Virus record (IMG/VR): IMGVR_UViG_3300009159_000033
DNA: 64,000 bases
Source: a virus
Strand: one strand, 5' to 3'
This document shows positions 45,758-55,173 of this stretch, in pieces (position 1 is the stretch's first letter; each line of letters opens with the position of its first letter). Position numbers and translations under genes: made by a program. Below the pieces are notes generated by a model. The model made no database searches, was not told the DNA's origin, and worked only from the letters and a program-made list of their open reading frames with translations.

Positions 45758-46495
45758 ATGATGGACGATTATTTAGAAGACGAATATAAACCAGCATTTC
45801 AAAGCTGGCAGCAGAATCAAACACCAGAAGGCAACGCTGCCTTACTGAAAGCACTTGATCCAATAGTACAAAAGGGGGTCAAGATGTATGGGGCAGATAG
45901 CCCATTAACTTCTAGCCGTGCCAAGCTTTTAACATTGGACGCAGTGCGTAAGTACGATCCTAAGCGGTCTCGGTTACAGTCTCATTTATTAAACCAAATG
46001 CAAGGGCTGCGTAGGATCAACCAACAGCAACATCAAGTAATAAGCGTACCCGAACGCATATTACTAGAGAATCAAAGGTTACATGGATCCACACAAGAAC
46101 TGTCAGATGAGCTTGGTCGAGAGCCTACTGACGCAGAACTGTCAGATAAATTAGGGATAGCTATGCCTCGACTTGCAAAGATTCGGAGTTATCAACCCGG
46201 AGTTAACACAGGAAGACTAGATGCAATTGACCCATTAGCGGGCGGTGCTCCAAGTGTAATTCCTAACCAACAAGCCAGCGCAGATCTATGGGGCGAAGTG
46301 GTTTACCAAGGACTTAGTCCTTTAGACCAGCGTGTCATGGAACTGACTTTGGGAATGCGTGGAAATAAAAAACTATCGAATCAAGAGATTGCAGCTAAGC
46401 TTAATCGCAGCCCAGGTGCGATTACCCAGCGTAAAACTAAGATACAGCAATTGCTGGATCAAGAACAAAAATTATCCCCTTTCCTTGCGAGATAA
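45758..46495 (+). CDS. Sigma70-family sigma factor (regions 2, 3 and 4), divergent
   Basis: LDAVRKYDPKR (region 2.2-2.3), ELSDELGREPTDAELSDKLGI (region 3), LSPLDQRVMELTLG..LSNQEIAAKLNRSPGAITQRK (region 4 HTH). Confidence 0.85.
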   Translation: MMDDYLEDEYKPAFQSWQQNQTPEGNAALLKALDPIVQKGVKMYGADSPLTSSRAKLLTLDAVRKYDPKRSRLQSHLLNQMQGLRRINQQQHQVISVPERILLENQRLHGSTQELSDELGREPTDAELSDKLGIAMPRLAKIRSYQPGVNTGRLDAIDPLAGGAPSVIPNQQASADLWGEVVYQGLSPLDQRVMELTLGMRGNKKLSNQEIAAKLNRSPGAITQRKTKIQQLLDQEQKLSPFLAR

Positions 46496-46498
46496 ACC

Positions 46499-47248
46499 AT
46501 GGCACAAAAAGGTCTTATTGATCCTAATGTTGAAAGAAACTTAAAGAAGTTTGCTGAACAAAAAACTACAGCTTTTTCCGAAAGAAGAAGAAACAATGTT
46601 ATGAATTGGTTTCGCCCTGTAATAGGGCGATTATTAAAAGCAAAGGTACCCTCTAAACAGGAAACTAAAGGAAAATGTCCTCCTAATAGCACATTCGAGG
46701 TATGGATAACTAACCCTAAGACAAAAGAAAGAGCGAGGGCAACTGTTACTACTGATGAGGATGGGGCAATTACCGATATGTCGGTGAACCCTTCTACACA
46801 GGGTGCTGGGTTTGTTTTGGGAGATGGTTGCACAATTGAAACAGTAGACCCGCAAATTTCTGAACATTTTCCAGAAATTAACAATTTTAGCACAAGTGCA
46901 GCTAAAACTTCTTGGGAAGGTGGTTTACAAACAGAAGAAGATTTAATTAATATCCACACTGCATTTGAGACAGATACTGCAGAAGAAAAATTGATTGAAG
47001 CATTTAATCCAAAAGATTCAGGTAATTCTTCGGATGGTATCGTATTACCTTTACAAATCGACTATATGGCACAGGCAGAAAGAGCTTATCGCTCCCGAGC
47101 TACCCACACCTTTCCCCGTACTTTAGCCCACCTTTCCACTAGAGAAAAAGGACATGGGCAGCAGACCGGTGTGTTCTTAGGACAAGCTTTAGATTATTTT
47201 ATATTACTCTTAAAACAGGGTGGGAGTTCTAAAGGAGGACAAGTATGA
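46499..47248 (+). CDS. Hypothetical protein
   Basis: 249-aa ORF tiling between the sigma gene and the gp25-like gene. Confidence 0.55.
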   Translation: MAQKGLIDPNVERNLKKFAEQKTTAFSERRRNNVMNWFRPVIGRLLKAKVPSKQETKGKCPPNSTFEVWITNPKTKERARATVTTDEDGAITDMSVNPSTQGAGFVLGDGCTIETVDPQISEHFPEINNFSTSAAKTSWEGGLQTEEDLINIHTAFETDTAEEKLIEAFNPKDSGNSSDGIVLPLQIDYMAQAERAYRSRATHTFPRTLAHLSTREKGHGQQTGVFLGQALDYFILLLKQGGSSKGGQV

Positions 47249-47733
47249 CGCAATTATCTGGAACTGCCGCACAGTATGGTGGACGCACTGTGGATTTTCT
47301 GGCATTTGAAGACATGAAAGTTAAAGGAGATGCTCTATTAACTCAAGCTCTAGTACTTCCGGGACAGACAGGAGCTTTGATTACAGGGATTGAAAAGTTA
47401 GTTCAAAGGTTTTTACTAGAGCTATTAACTGAGCGTGGTTCCTTGCACTATGCCCCGCAGCGTGGCACATTTTTTATAACCAAGATTCGAGCAGGTATGA
47501 TTAGCACATCGCAAGCCCTATTTGCGGTTTTTAATGCATCGGAATTAGAATTGCGTAACAATCTAAAAATGGAAGAAAACAAACTAATCGAGCCAGCTGA
47601 CGAGCTTTATAAACAATCTAATCTTCTTGCAGCTTCTTTGCTTGGCGATGTCGCCACGCTATCTATACAAGTACAGAGCATGGCAGAAGAATCTCGTACT
47701 GTTATTTACCCGCTTCGAATTTTAGCTAACTGA
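47245..47733 (+). CDS. Baseplate wedge protein, gp25/GpW-like
   Basis: ITGIEKLVQRFLLELLTERGSLHYAPQRGT; upstream of the J-like gene. Confidence 0.7.
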   Translation: MTQLSGTAAQYGGRTVDFLAFEDMKVKGDALLTQALVLPGQTGALITGIEKLVQRFLLELLTERGSLHYAPQRGTFFITKIRAGMISTSQALFAVFNASELELRNNLKMEENKLIEPADELYKQSNLLAASLLGDVATLSIQVQSMAEESRTVIYPLRILAN

Positions 47734-47743
47734 GGATAATAAG

Positions 47744-49405
47744 ATGGCATTTAGTTTTTCTAATTCTGATTTGGCTAACCTAGCTACATTAAACGCAGCA
47801 GATGTGCAACAACTCTTAGACCGACTTGTTACGCAGCTGCAAGAACTTAACCCTAGCCTAGATCTAAAGCGTGGGGTGTTTAAAGATACTGTTGCCTATT
47901 ATCATGCAGTGTTAGAAGCATCAATTCGAACCAGCTTACGCCGTTACCAGTCTGCACGCAGCCTACAGCAAATCCAAGCTAACCCCACAATAGCAGACAA
48001 CGAGGTGGTTAATGATGTGCTGTCCAACTGGGGTATAACTCGTAAAATAGGAACTAAAGCTACTGGGGCTATTACAATTGAGTTAAGCCAAGCCCGCTCC
48101 GTTGTTATTCCTGTAAACTTTGTATTTGAATCTTCTGGTAGACGATATTTAGCTATAAAAACATTTACATCTCGTGCGGTAGACGCTCAAGTATCTTCAG
48201 ACACAGACCGACTAATGCAGCCATTAAGTAATGGTAACTATGCATTTACTATTGAAGTAGAAGCAGCAGAGGTTGGACCTGCCTACAAATTAAGTGCGGG
48301 CAATATTATTGTGCCTAATCGCACCATTGTAAGTTATGTGACTAGCTATGCTAATTCAACTTTTAGCGATGGGATAGGAACAGAGACTAACGAAGAATTG
48401 CTACAACAACTTCAGTTGGGTATTGCTGCAAAGACTTTATCTAATCGCACTAATATGCGGTCTTTTCTTCGCTCAATCCCTACATTTGATTCAATTACTA
48501 ATCAATCGATTATTGGGTATGGTGACGCAGAAATGCTGCGAGATAGGCACACAGTATTCCCTATCAGCTACGGCGGTAGAGTCGATTGGTATATCCGTGG
48601 GCAAGTGCCACTGCAGCGCACACGCTTACTAGTTACAGCAGTCTGCGTTGAAGTTAATGCTACTAATAGTACTTGGCAATTTGCATTGGCTAAGAATGAT
48701 GCACCTGGATTTTATGAAGTCACTAAAATAAGAAAGATTGCAGATGAAGGTTTAAATTCCGGATTTGAACCCAGCAGTGATTCTCGATCTAACGATCTAA
48801 CTGAAAGCGGGTTTTTACCTGATATTACTACTGTGGCAGAAGGTGCTTATTCTGCGTTTCAAGCTGCAGTTATTCGTTTCATAGACACCACTACTTCTAT
48901 TACCGGTCTTGGTGTAGGCCAGACAGCTCAATACTTTTGCGATGTGGTAGGTACTCCACTTATCCGAGAAGTTCAAGAGTTACTAGGAAGCCGAGATGTA
49001 CGAAGCTATGCCGCCGATGTGTTGGTCAAGGCTCCTGTTCCTTGCTTTGTAGAAGTTACTCTAACCATTAATAAAGCAGCTGGGGATGTCTCTCCGCCTA
49101 TTGCTGCGGTCCAGACAGCAGTTGTAGACATAATAAACAACACAGACTTCATCGGCAGACTGGATGGATCACGCATTATCGAGGCAGTACATGGATTTTT
49201 ACAAGATAATTTAAGCGTGACAAATTTAGACTTGTTTGGGCGGATCCGCAATCCAGATGGCACTATGCAGTATCTAAGAGATTCAGATTCATTGATAATA
49301 CCAGACCAACCGAGTAAAATGGTCACGGCTAAAACTGTACAGTTTTTTACAGAAATATCCAAGGTAACAGTTAATATTGCTTCAACTATTTATGTTGCAA
49401 AGTAG
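47744..49405 (+). CDS. Baseplate J-like (gp6) wedge protein
   Basis: WGITRKIGTKATGAITI..VIPVNFVF, IEVEAAEVGPAY, GIGTETNEEL. Confidence 0.8.
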   Translation: MAFSFSNSDLANLATLNAADVQQLLDRLVTQLQELNPSLDLKRGVFKDTVAYYHAVLEASIRTSLRRYQSARSLQQIQANPTIADNEVVNDVLSNWGITRKIGTKATGAITIELSQARSVVIPVNFVFESSGRRYLAIKTFTSRAVDAQVSSDTDRLMQPLSNGNYAFTIEVEAAEVGPAYKLSAGNIIVPNRTIVSYVTSYANSTFSDGIGTETNEELLQQLQLGIAAKTLSNRTNMRSFLRSIPTFDSITNQSIIGYGDAEMLRDRHTVFPISYGGRVDWYIRGQVPLQRTRLLVTAVCVEVNATNSTWQFALAKNDAPGFYEVTKIRKIADEGLNSGFEPSSDSRSNDLTESGFLPDITTVAEGAYSAFQAAVIRFIDTTTSITGLGVGQTAQYFCDVVGTPLIREVQELLGSRDVRSYAADVLVKAPVPCFVEVTLTINKAAGDVSPPIAAVQTAVVDIINNTDFIGRLDGSRIIEAVHGFLQDNLSVTNLDLFGRIRNPDGTMQYLRDSDSLIIPDQPSKMVTAKTVQFFTEISKVTVNIASTIYVAK

Positions 49406-49419
49406 CTAGGAGGTGGCTT

Positions 49420-50322
49420 ATGTCACTAGAGCACAAGGGTAGGACTGAGGCTATTCGCTTATTTAAGAAAAATGGAAGCGATAAGAACTCTCCACAAGAA
49501 ATGCATTTTGCAATGGACTATCTTACCTTCTTTGGATATGTCGCAATTGACTTATTAAAGAACATAGATTATGCCAAACTTGATGCTGCAGTAAAATCAT
49601 TTCAGCGTATGTTTAATTTAAAAGTTGATGGTGTTATTGGACCCAAGACATTGCGTGCTATGGAAACCCCACGCTGTGGCTGCCCCGACAAGCTTGATCC
49701 TAAAAATAAACAACACATTCAATTCATGGAAGCTAAAGACATTGCTGAAAAACAGCGTAATCAATGGAACAAGCAAGGGCTTACTTTTGCTGTTCAACAA
49801 TATGTCACAGGGTTAGGCAAACCCACCCAAGATAAAATATTTGCTGCAGCCTTTAAAGCTTGGGACGATGTGTGCGGTTTAAACATAACTCGTATCAAAG
49901 ATGCAAAGAAAGCAGACATTGCGATTGCTACAGGAAAGGGAATACAGCATAATTTTGATGGGAGAGGTGGGACTTTAGCTTGGGCTTACATGCCAAAAGG
50001 TAATGACCAGCAACTGACAATGCGGTTCGATCTAGATGAAACTTGGATTTCCCAGCCTACGGATCGTGGAGTTATGATGCTCAATGTCGCTTGTCATGAA
50101 TTTGGACATTTGCTTGGGTTAGATCATTCAAAGAATGCTGGAGCACTAATGGCCCCATACTATAACCCTTTTGTAAGCGGTCCCCAAGATAATGATGATA
50201 TTAAGCGCATTCAAAAACTATATGGGAAAAATGAAAATGCAGTAGGGGTTAAGAAGGAAGCAAAAAATACATTAGCCGTAGAGCTGCACAAAGGGCAGAA
50301 ATTAGTTGTCACTTGTGTTTAA
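49420..50322 (+). CDS. Matrixin-like (M10A) zinc metalloprotease with a PG-binding-like propeptide and cysteine switch
   Basis: VKSFQRMFNLKVDGVIGPKT, PRCGCPD, HEFGHLLGLDHS, Met-turn ALMAP. Confidence 0.92.
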   Translation: MSLEHKGRTEAIRLFKKNGSDKNSPQEMHFAMDYLTFFGYVAIDLLKNIDYAKLDAAVKSFQRMFNLKVDGVIGPKTLRAMETPRCGCPDKLDPKNKQHIQFMEAKDIAEKQRNQWNKQGLTFAVQQYVTGLGKPTQDKIFAAAFKAWDDVCGLNITRIKDAKKADIAIATGKGIQHNFDGRGGTLAWAYMPKGNDQQLTMRFDLDETWISQPTDRGVMMLNVACHEFGHLLGLDHSKNAGALMAPYYNPFVSGPQDNDDIKRIQKLYGKNENAVGVKKEAKNTLAVELHKGQKLVVTCV

Positions 50323-50334
50323 AGGAGGTGTCCT

Positions 50335-50730
50335 GTGATTATAGGTGAAATTGTAATAGATTTGGCAGCGTTAATTAGCTGGGTCAAACCTATCTTAGCT
50401 GTTGGGTTGCTGGCAATTGGAGTAGTTTTTTTTGCAATTCCTTGGATTAAAGATTTAATCTCTCGGTTTGTTTCTGCAATTCCGAATATTCCTAGTCCCG
50501 CCCCTACTCCTACCCCTAAGATCCGCAACAGCGATGCCCCCGCCCCTGCGGGTATTGGGGAATTTCTTAAAATTATTGAAGCAACTTCACCTAATGCTAA
50601 CCCTTCCATCTGGTGGGAGTATGCAAAAGCTGAAATGACAGAAGCACAGGTAGCCATTACGGAAGCTAAATTAGCCAGACGCAATGACTGTGCCCCTAAT
50701 GCAGTTAAACCAGAAGAAGTAAAAAAATAA
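50335..50730 (+). CDS. Membrane protein with an N-terminal TM segment
   Basis: ILAVGLLAIGVVFFAIPWI; Pro-rich linker; GTG start after AGGAGG. Confidence 0.65.
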   Translation: MIIGEIVIDLAALISWVKPILAVGLLAIGVVFFAIPWIKDLISRFVSAIPNIPSPAPTPTPKIRNSDAPAPAGIGEFLKIIEATSPNANPSIWWEYAKAEMTEAQVAITEAKLARRNDCAPNAVKPEEVKK

Positions 50731-50747
50731 ACTTTAGGAGAATTGTC

Positions 50748-51104
50748 ATGTCTTTACGATACCTTGGATTGCTGAGTGGTGTTTTTGGTTTAATTTTATT
50801 GGTTGGGCCTTTTCAGTGCGATTCCACTGCATTTGTTCCACCTACCTCCACAGCATCACCTAAGCAAGTATTTGCGATGTATGAGAAGCTGTGGAGGGCC
50901 CATGCCCAAGTTGCTGCAAATAAGCTGGCAGCTGGTGAACTTAAAACAGAACAAGAAGCTTGGGACTTTATTGCAGCCGGTCAAGAACCTGCTCGCAAAG
51001 CTGCTTTTAAAGAACTAGCAAAGAGCGAACAAGATTATTTTGATAAACAAGGCGGATGGTCTGCCAAGGCACATGAAAAACTATTAAGGAGTTACGCAAA
51101 ATGA
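50748..51104 (+). CDS. Secreted/membrane-anchored protein
   Basis: MSLRYLGLLSGVFGLILLVG signal/TM segment; AGGAG SD. Confidence 0.65.
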   Translation: MSLRYLGLLSGVFGLILLVGPFQCDSTAFVPPTSTASPKQVFAMYEKLWRAHAQVAANKLAAGELKTEQEAWDFIAAGQEPARKAAFKELAKSEQDYFDKQGGWSAKAHEKLLRSYAK

Positions 51105-51922
51105 GTGAACCAAAAATGTCGGGTAATTGGAAAAAAGAAAAAGAAGACTACAGCTTTATCCGTAATCTTTCTCGTGTTCCAATGTCTACCCCACTATGGC
51201 AAGCATTTGCCCGCCCTGCGGAAGTAGACATTAAGTGGCATCGTAATGAAGACCAAGGGCAAATTGGAAGTTGCCAAGGGCATGCACTTAGCTCAGTATT
51301 AGAGCGACTAGCTTTGGTACGAGGTGAAACCATACAGCTATCTGAGATTTTTGCTTATCTTTCTTCCCAAAAATTAGATGGGCTTCTTGGCTCAGACGAT
51401 GGCTCCACGATTGCCGGAGGATGCCAAGTTGGGCTCGAGTATGGCTGCTGCCCTGAGGTGCTTACAGGTTATCCTAATAGCTACCCTAGGAGAGCAGAGC
51501 GAGAAGCCATATTAAGCTCAGCCAATTACGCAGCTGCCCTTCCTTACAAAGCATTATCCTTGTGGGAAGTTCCGGATGACCATGACAAAGTCTTGGACTT
51601 TATCGGTGGCGGTGGTGCAATTAATTTTGGTATCGCTTACTACGATGGGTACCTACCTGATGACCGCATTGTGCGTAGCTACCACCCAGGCCGTAGTTCT
51701 GGTGGGCATGCAATGTGTGTGCTAGGGTACGACAAAGATGGCAATCTTCGAGCTGCCAACTCATGGGCAGATGGCGGTTATTTGATTACGCCTAAAGCTT
51801 GGAAACAAATGATAGAGTATTCTGACACTGCTGCAATTGGGCTTATGGGCAACAAGGAAGCTGAACCAGTTGACTGGTATAACAATTCTCCTTACTACAA
51901 AATGAGGTTAAAACCCGAATGA
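51101..51922 (+). CDS. Papain-like cysteine protease (C1A)
   Basis: DQGQIGSCQGHA (Gln/Cys), LSEIFAY, GGHAMCVLGYD (His), ANSW (Asn). Confidence 0.9.
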   Translation: MSEPKMSGNWKKEKEDYSFIRNLSRVPMSTPLWQAFARPAEVDIKWHRNEDQGQIGSCQGHALSSVLERLALVRGETIQLSEIFAYLSSQKLDGLLGSDDGSTIAGGCQVGLEYGCCPEVLTGYPNSYPRRAEREAILSSANYAAALPYKALSLWEVPDDHDKVLDFIGGGGAINFGIAYYDGYLPDDRIVRSYHPGRSSGGHAMCVLGYDKDGNLRAANSWADGGYLITPKAWKQMIEYSDTAAIGLMGNKEAEPVDWYNNSPYYKMRLKPE

Positions 51923-52332
51923 AAAATCTATTAACGACTACGCTTAATGCATTTGCGTTTGGATTGATCTGTTTTGTAAGCATTATAGTACTACGCCCCA
52001 CTAGCTCCGCTGATGTAATTTCTACATCTACGGAGCTACCGGCAAGCGTGGAAGCTACTTTTAATAAAGAGCTGGGAGAGGCTATTGCGGAAAGTCAGCG
52101 AATACAGCTAAATAGTTTAGCAGAACAGTTAAAAATATTGCAAAAGATTGACACGAATGTAAATCGGTTAATAGGGTCGCCTAATTCGGCTGAACCTATT
52201 GCCCCTAAATTAGTTGAAGATAAAAATTGTGAAGCAATGGAAATAGCTCCAAGCTTTCCTATTACTACTTCTCGTGGGCTATTTCGTAGAGGTAGCACAA
52301 GTCGTCAGCCCACTAGCGGACCAAGTAAATGA
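51919..52332 (+). CDS. Secreted/membrane-anchored coiled-coil protein
   Basis: AFAFGLICFVSIIVL hydrophobic leader followed by a heptad segment. Confidence 0.6.
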   Translation: MKNLLTTTLNAFAFGLICFVSIIVLRPTSSADVISTSTELPASVEATFNKELGEAIAESQRIQLNSLAEQLKILQKIDTNVNRLIGSPNSAEPIAPKLVEDKNCEAMEIAPSFPITTSRGLFRRGSTSRQPTSGPSK

Positions 52333-52373
52333 AGTTAAACTCTAAAGAACCAGTTAGGTTCTAATGGAAACGC

Positions 52374-52655
52374 ATGAACTATCCAGTCAAAATTCCATCA
52401 TTTGCTTATGACTTGTTGTGCAGTTTGCTGCAGCGAGGTGTGGTGGAATACGAAGGTAAACGTTTAGATTTTTCAGAAGTGCAAGATATTAAGATCAAAC
52501 AAGGGGTAATGACTTTTAATCCTCCTGCCAAAGTAAGTATGGCGGTCGGCCCCCTTAACATAAGAACTACCATGTCTTCTCTTACTGCAGGGGCTGATGG
52601 CGTGGAAGTTGAAATTGATTATTCCCCCATTAATATCAAAGTGAAACCCCAATGA
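52374..52655 (+). CDS. Small hypothetical beta-rich protein
   Basis: 93-aa ORF, translationally coupled to the next gene. Confidence 0.55.
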   Translation: MNYPVKIPSFAYDLLCSLLQRGVVEYEGKRLDFSEVQDIKIKQGVMTFNPPAKVSMAVGPLNIRTTMSSLTAGADGVEVEIDYSPINIKVKPQ

Positions 52656-52984
52656 ACTGGACAGAATTAACAGAAGAATGTTGCAATGCACAAGGCTGTG
52701 CAATGTCTAGCTTCCCTAAAACTAGAGTGACTCTTGCAGCTAAACGGCTCACACACGATCTGCTAAAAAAGCGAGAAGATGTTCGTCGAGTTGCACTTGC
52801 AGTAAAGAAAGCATACGAGGCTAACCCTAACGGAACAGAAGAACAAACACGCAAACAAGCTGTTAAATTCATTGCAGGTGGTATTATATTTTTCTTTATT
52901 GGTAGTTTTCTTTTAAACCAAGTAATGAGCATGGCATTAAACTGGTTTTTAAAACGATTGTACCCGTCAGAGCAGGCTAAATAA
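52652..52984 (+). CDS. Small membrane protein (holin-like candidate)
   Basis: Basic N-terminal half, C-terminal TM FIAGGIIFFFIGSFLL. Confidence 0.5.
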   Translation: MNWTELTEECCNAQGCAMSSFPKTRVTLAAKRLTHDLLKKREDVRRVALAVKKAYEANPNGTEEQTRKQAVKFIAGGIIFFFIGSFLLNQVMSMALNWFLKRLYPSEQAK

Positions 52985-54540
52985 TGGCATATCGCTACCC
53001 ACAGAATGATCTTGATAATGCCGATTTGCTTTTAAATCTTTTAGGAAGTTTCTGGGCAACGACTTATCAAGGTAATAAGTTGATTTCGGATTTAACCGAA
53101 GTGACAGGGCAAATGGCACAGCAAACTTATGCCCAACTTATGGAGCTTGTGAACAGTATTTCTAGATTTAATGTTCCACTGTACCATCAAGATAATTGGT
53201 ATGCTTTGCGTTTTCGTGAGTCGGATTTAAATACAAATGAAAACTTACTAGCAAAATATACTACGCAAGATTCCCAAACTTATAGTTCTAATCACTCATT
53301 AACTTATGGCCAAGCTTTATCTACTCCTTATTTTGTGCTTACTAAACCTAGGGGTCTAGTAGAAGTAAAATTAATCTTCAATCGGTTGACTGAACCTACT
53401 GTTGAACTAGTACAAGGGGTGGATTACTGGTTAGAAGATACAATTATTATTTTTAGAAGTAATCCTTTTAAAAACGATTTAATTGCAAAGCGAGAGTTAT
53501 TAAACGATCTAGGTGAGATTGTAGACAAAGAAATAGTGTTGTGGATGTACCGTGGAAAATGGGATTGGTTTGCAACATACAAACAATTTGGATATGTCCT
53601 TCGTCTCCAATTAAAATCTAGCGAAAACTACAAGCAGTTTATTAATGCAATATTTGATGCTTTTATAAGTGGTACAAACATTCGTACACAGCAGCTAGCA
53701 CTAGCCGCAGCTTTTGGAGTACCTCTGGCAATAGAAGCGAAAGAAGTTGTTGAGAGTATAATTAGAGACGCAGACAAACTTAATATCTTTACAAATCAGC
53801 ATGTTTATCGTTTTCCTTTAACAGCAACACCTATTGTCTTTAGGCATCAACAAATAACAGCTGGAGAAAGTCTTACAGATCTTCTACAAGTGTTTGAGTT
53901 TAACCGAGGTAAACAGATTAATCCTCAAGATATATCTGCACTTTCGATTGGGGCAGGGCTTATACCTTATGGGTTTCAAGGTGAATTGGTTTTTGAAAAC
54001 ATTGAAACACCTATAATTGTGGAACTTGAAGTTGATGGGTTTACTAAGATATCTTGGAAGCTTGGTGGATTCCCATTTGATGCCGACAAGTTTTGGGATG
54101 ACACGCACGCAGCAGGGGTAGCTAAAAACCAGACGCTTGCCATGCTTTTAGATAGGCGAGAAACCCCTACAGGGCAACCAACTGCAGCAATGCTCCCTAG
54201 TAAGATAAACCCATTACAATTTCTTACAGATAATGTCTTACGCAATAACGCTTATGTGGTGAAAATTAAGGCTGGAATTTCTCGAGCAACTAGACTTCCT
54301 TTCGTACCTTCTGACCAATTACGCAAGATTCAGCCCCCACATACCTTAATGTTATTAAATGTTGAATTGGTCTATGATGATAATCATGTTATCATGGAGA
54401 CCTTAGGTACGGAAACGAGTGCAGGGTATGAGGAAGGTTTATCTTCTTTTCCATGTATGGTAAATGCAGAGAGCCTACTACCCGCTTTATATATGTCTGA
54501 ACAAGTACGAGCTACCATAATTGGTGGTCGTTGCATTTGA
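52984..54540 (+). CDS. Putative baseplate wedge protein (gp7/gpI-like)
   Basis: LLNLLGSFW, YKQFINAIFDAFISGT..LALAAAFG; resumes the baseplate series. Confidence 0.5.
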   Translation: MAYRYPQNDLDNADLLLNLLGSFWATTYQGNKLISDLTEVTGQMAQQTYAQLMELVNSISRFNVPLYHQDNWYALRFRESDLNTNENLLAKYTTQDSQTYSSNHSLTYGQALSTPYFVLTKPRGLVEVKLIFNRLTEPTVELVQGVDYWLEDTIIIFRSNPFKNDLIAKRELLNDLGEIVDKEIVLWMYRGKWDWFATYKQFGYVLRLQLKSSENYKQFINAIFDAFISGTNIRTQQLALAAAFGVPLAIEAKEVVESIIRDADKLNIFTNQHVYRFPLTATPIVFRHQQITAGESLTDLLQVFEFNRGKQINPQDISALSIGAGLIPYGFQGELVFENIETPIIVELEVDGFTKISWKLGGFPFDADKFWDDTHAAGVAKNQTLAMLLDRRETPTGQPTAAMLPSKINPLQFLTDNVLRNNAYVVKIKAGISRATRLPFVPSDQLRKIQPPHTLMLLNVELVYDDNHVIMETLGTETSAGYEEGLSSFPCMVNAESLLPALYMSEQVRATIIGGRCI

Positions 54541-54557
54541 AATAGTAAGGATGTTAT

Positions 54558-55142
54558 ATGAACAATTATCTAAATGGCGGTGAAAACATTAGTGGCAAGG
54601 TGCGTGCCTACAATGTGACAGATGACAACTGGACAGCACTTACAGAATATAAACATAATCTTGTGTTATATCAATGGGCAGAAATTGCTGCAAAATTATT
54701 AACAACAGGTGATGGTCGGTTCCGTATTGGCGGGTTGTACTTGGAATTTGAAAACACAGCTAGCCCAGGCGACACCGTGGCTATACCTTCATTTAATCGT
54801 ACTCGTAATGTAGATTACTACAATAATTTATCTGGAAGTGCCGTTAAAGACTATTTACGGGTTCCTTTGACAGCTAGCCCTGTGGCTTCTGCTGGCACAG
54901 GATTAACCAACAACCAAATAACATTCTTTGCTCGAAGTGGCGGAGTAGCTGGAGTACACGGCAAGCCTTTCTCTTATGCTGCTAATTCTGTTATCATTGG
55001 GGCATCTCTTGTGGCTTTTGTTGACACAACAGACGCAACTCGAGATTTGTTATTCAGTAGTTTTTATTTTGCAGCAGAAGATCAGCAACAAAAGCTTGCA
55101 ACTAGTCAAGTTGGCATCGAATGGGTGCTAACTTTAGAATAA
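54558..55142 (+). CDS. Putative baseplate/tail-collar fibre attachment protein
   Basis: HNLVLYQWAEIAAKLL..IGGLYLEF..ITFFA pattern; position. Confidence 0.5.
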   Translation: MNNYLNGGENISGKVRAYNVTDDNWTALTEYKHNLVLYQWAEIAAKLLTTGDGRFRIGGLYLEFENTASPGDTVAIPSFNRTRNVDYYNNLSGSAVKDYLRVPLTASPVASAGTGLTNNQITFFARSGGVAGVHGKPFSYAANSVIIGASLVAFVDTTDATRDLLFSSFYFAAEDQQQKLATSQVGIEWVLTLE

Positions 55143-55173
55143 CTAGGGATGGCTTAAAAGGGAGAGCTCAAGG

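Noticed and set aside
28427-49405. Stand-alone contractile injection system (eCIS/T6SS/tailocin)
   Set aside because: Linked to protease, scaffold, MCP and neck genes
49420-50322. Eukaryotic MMP contamination or chimera
   Set aside because: No introns, AGGAGG SD, tight packing with phage genes, and no hemopexin domain
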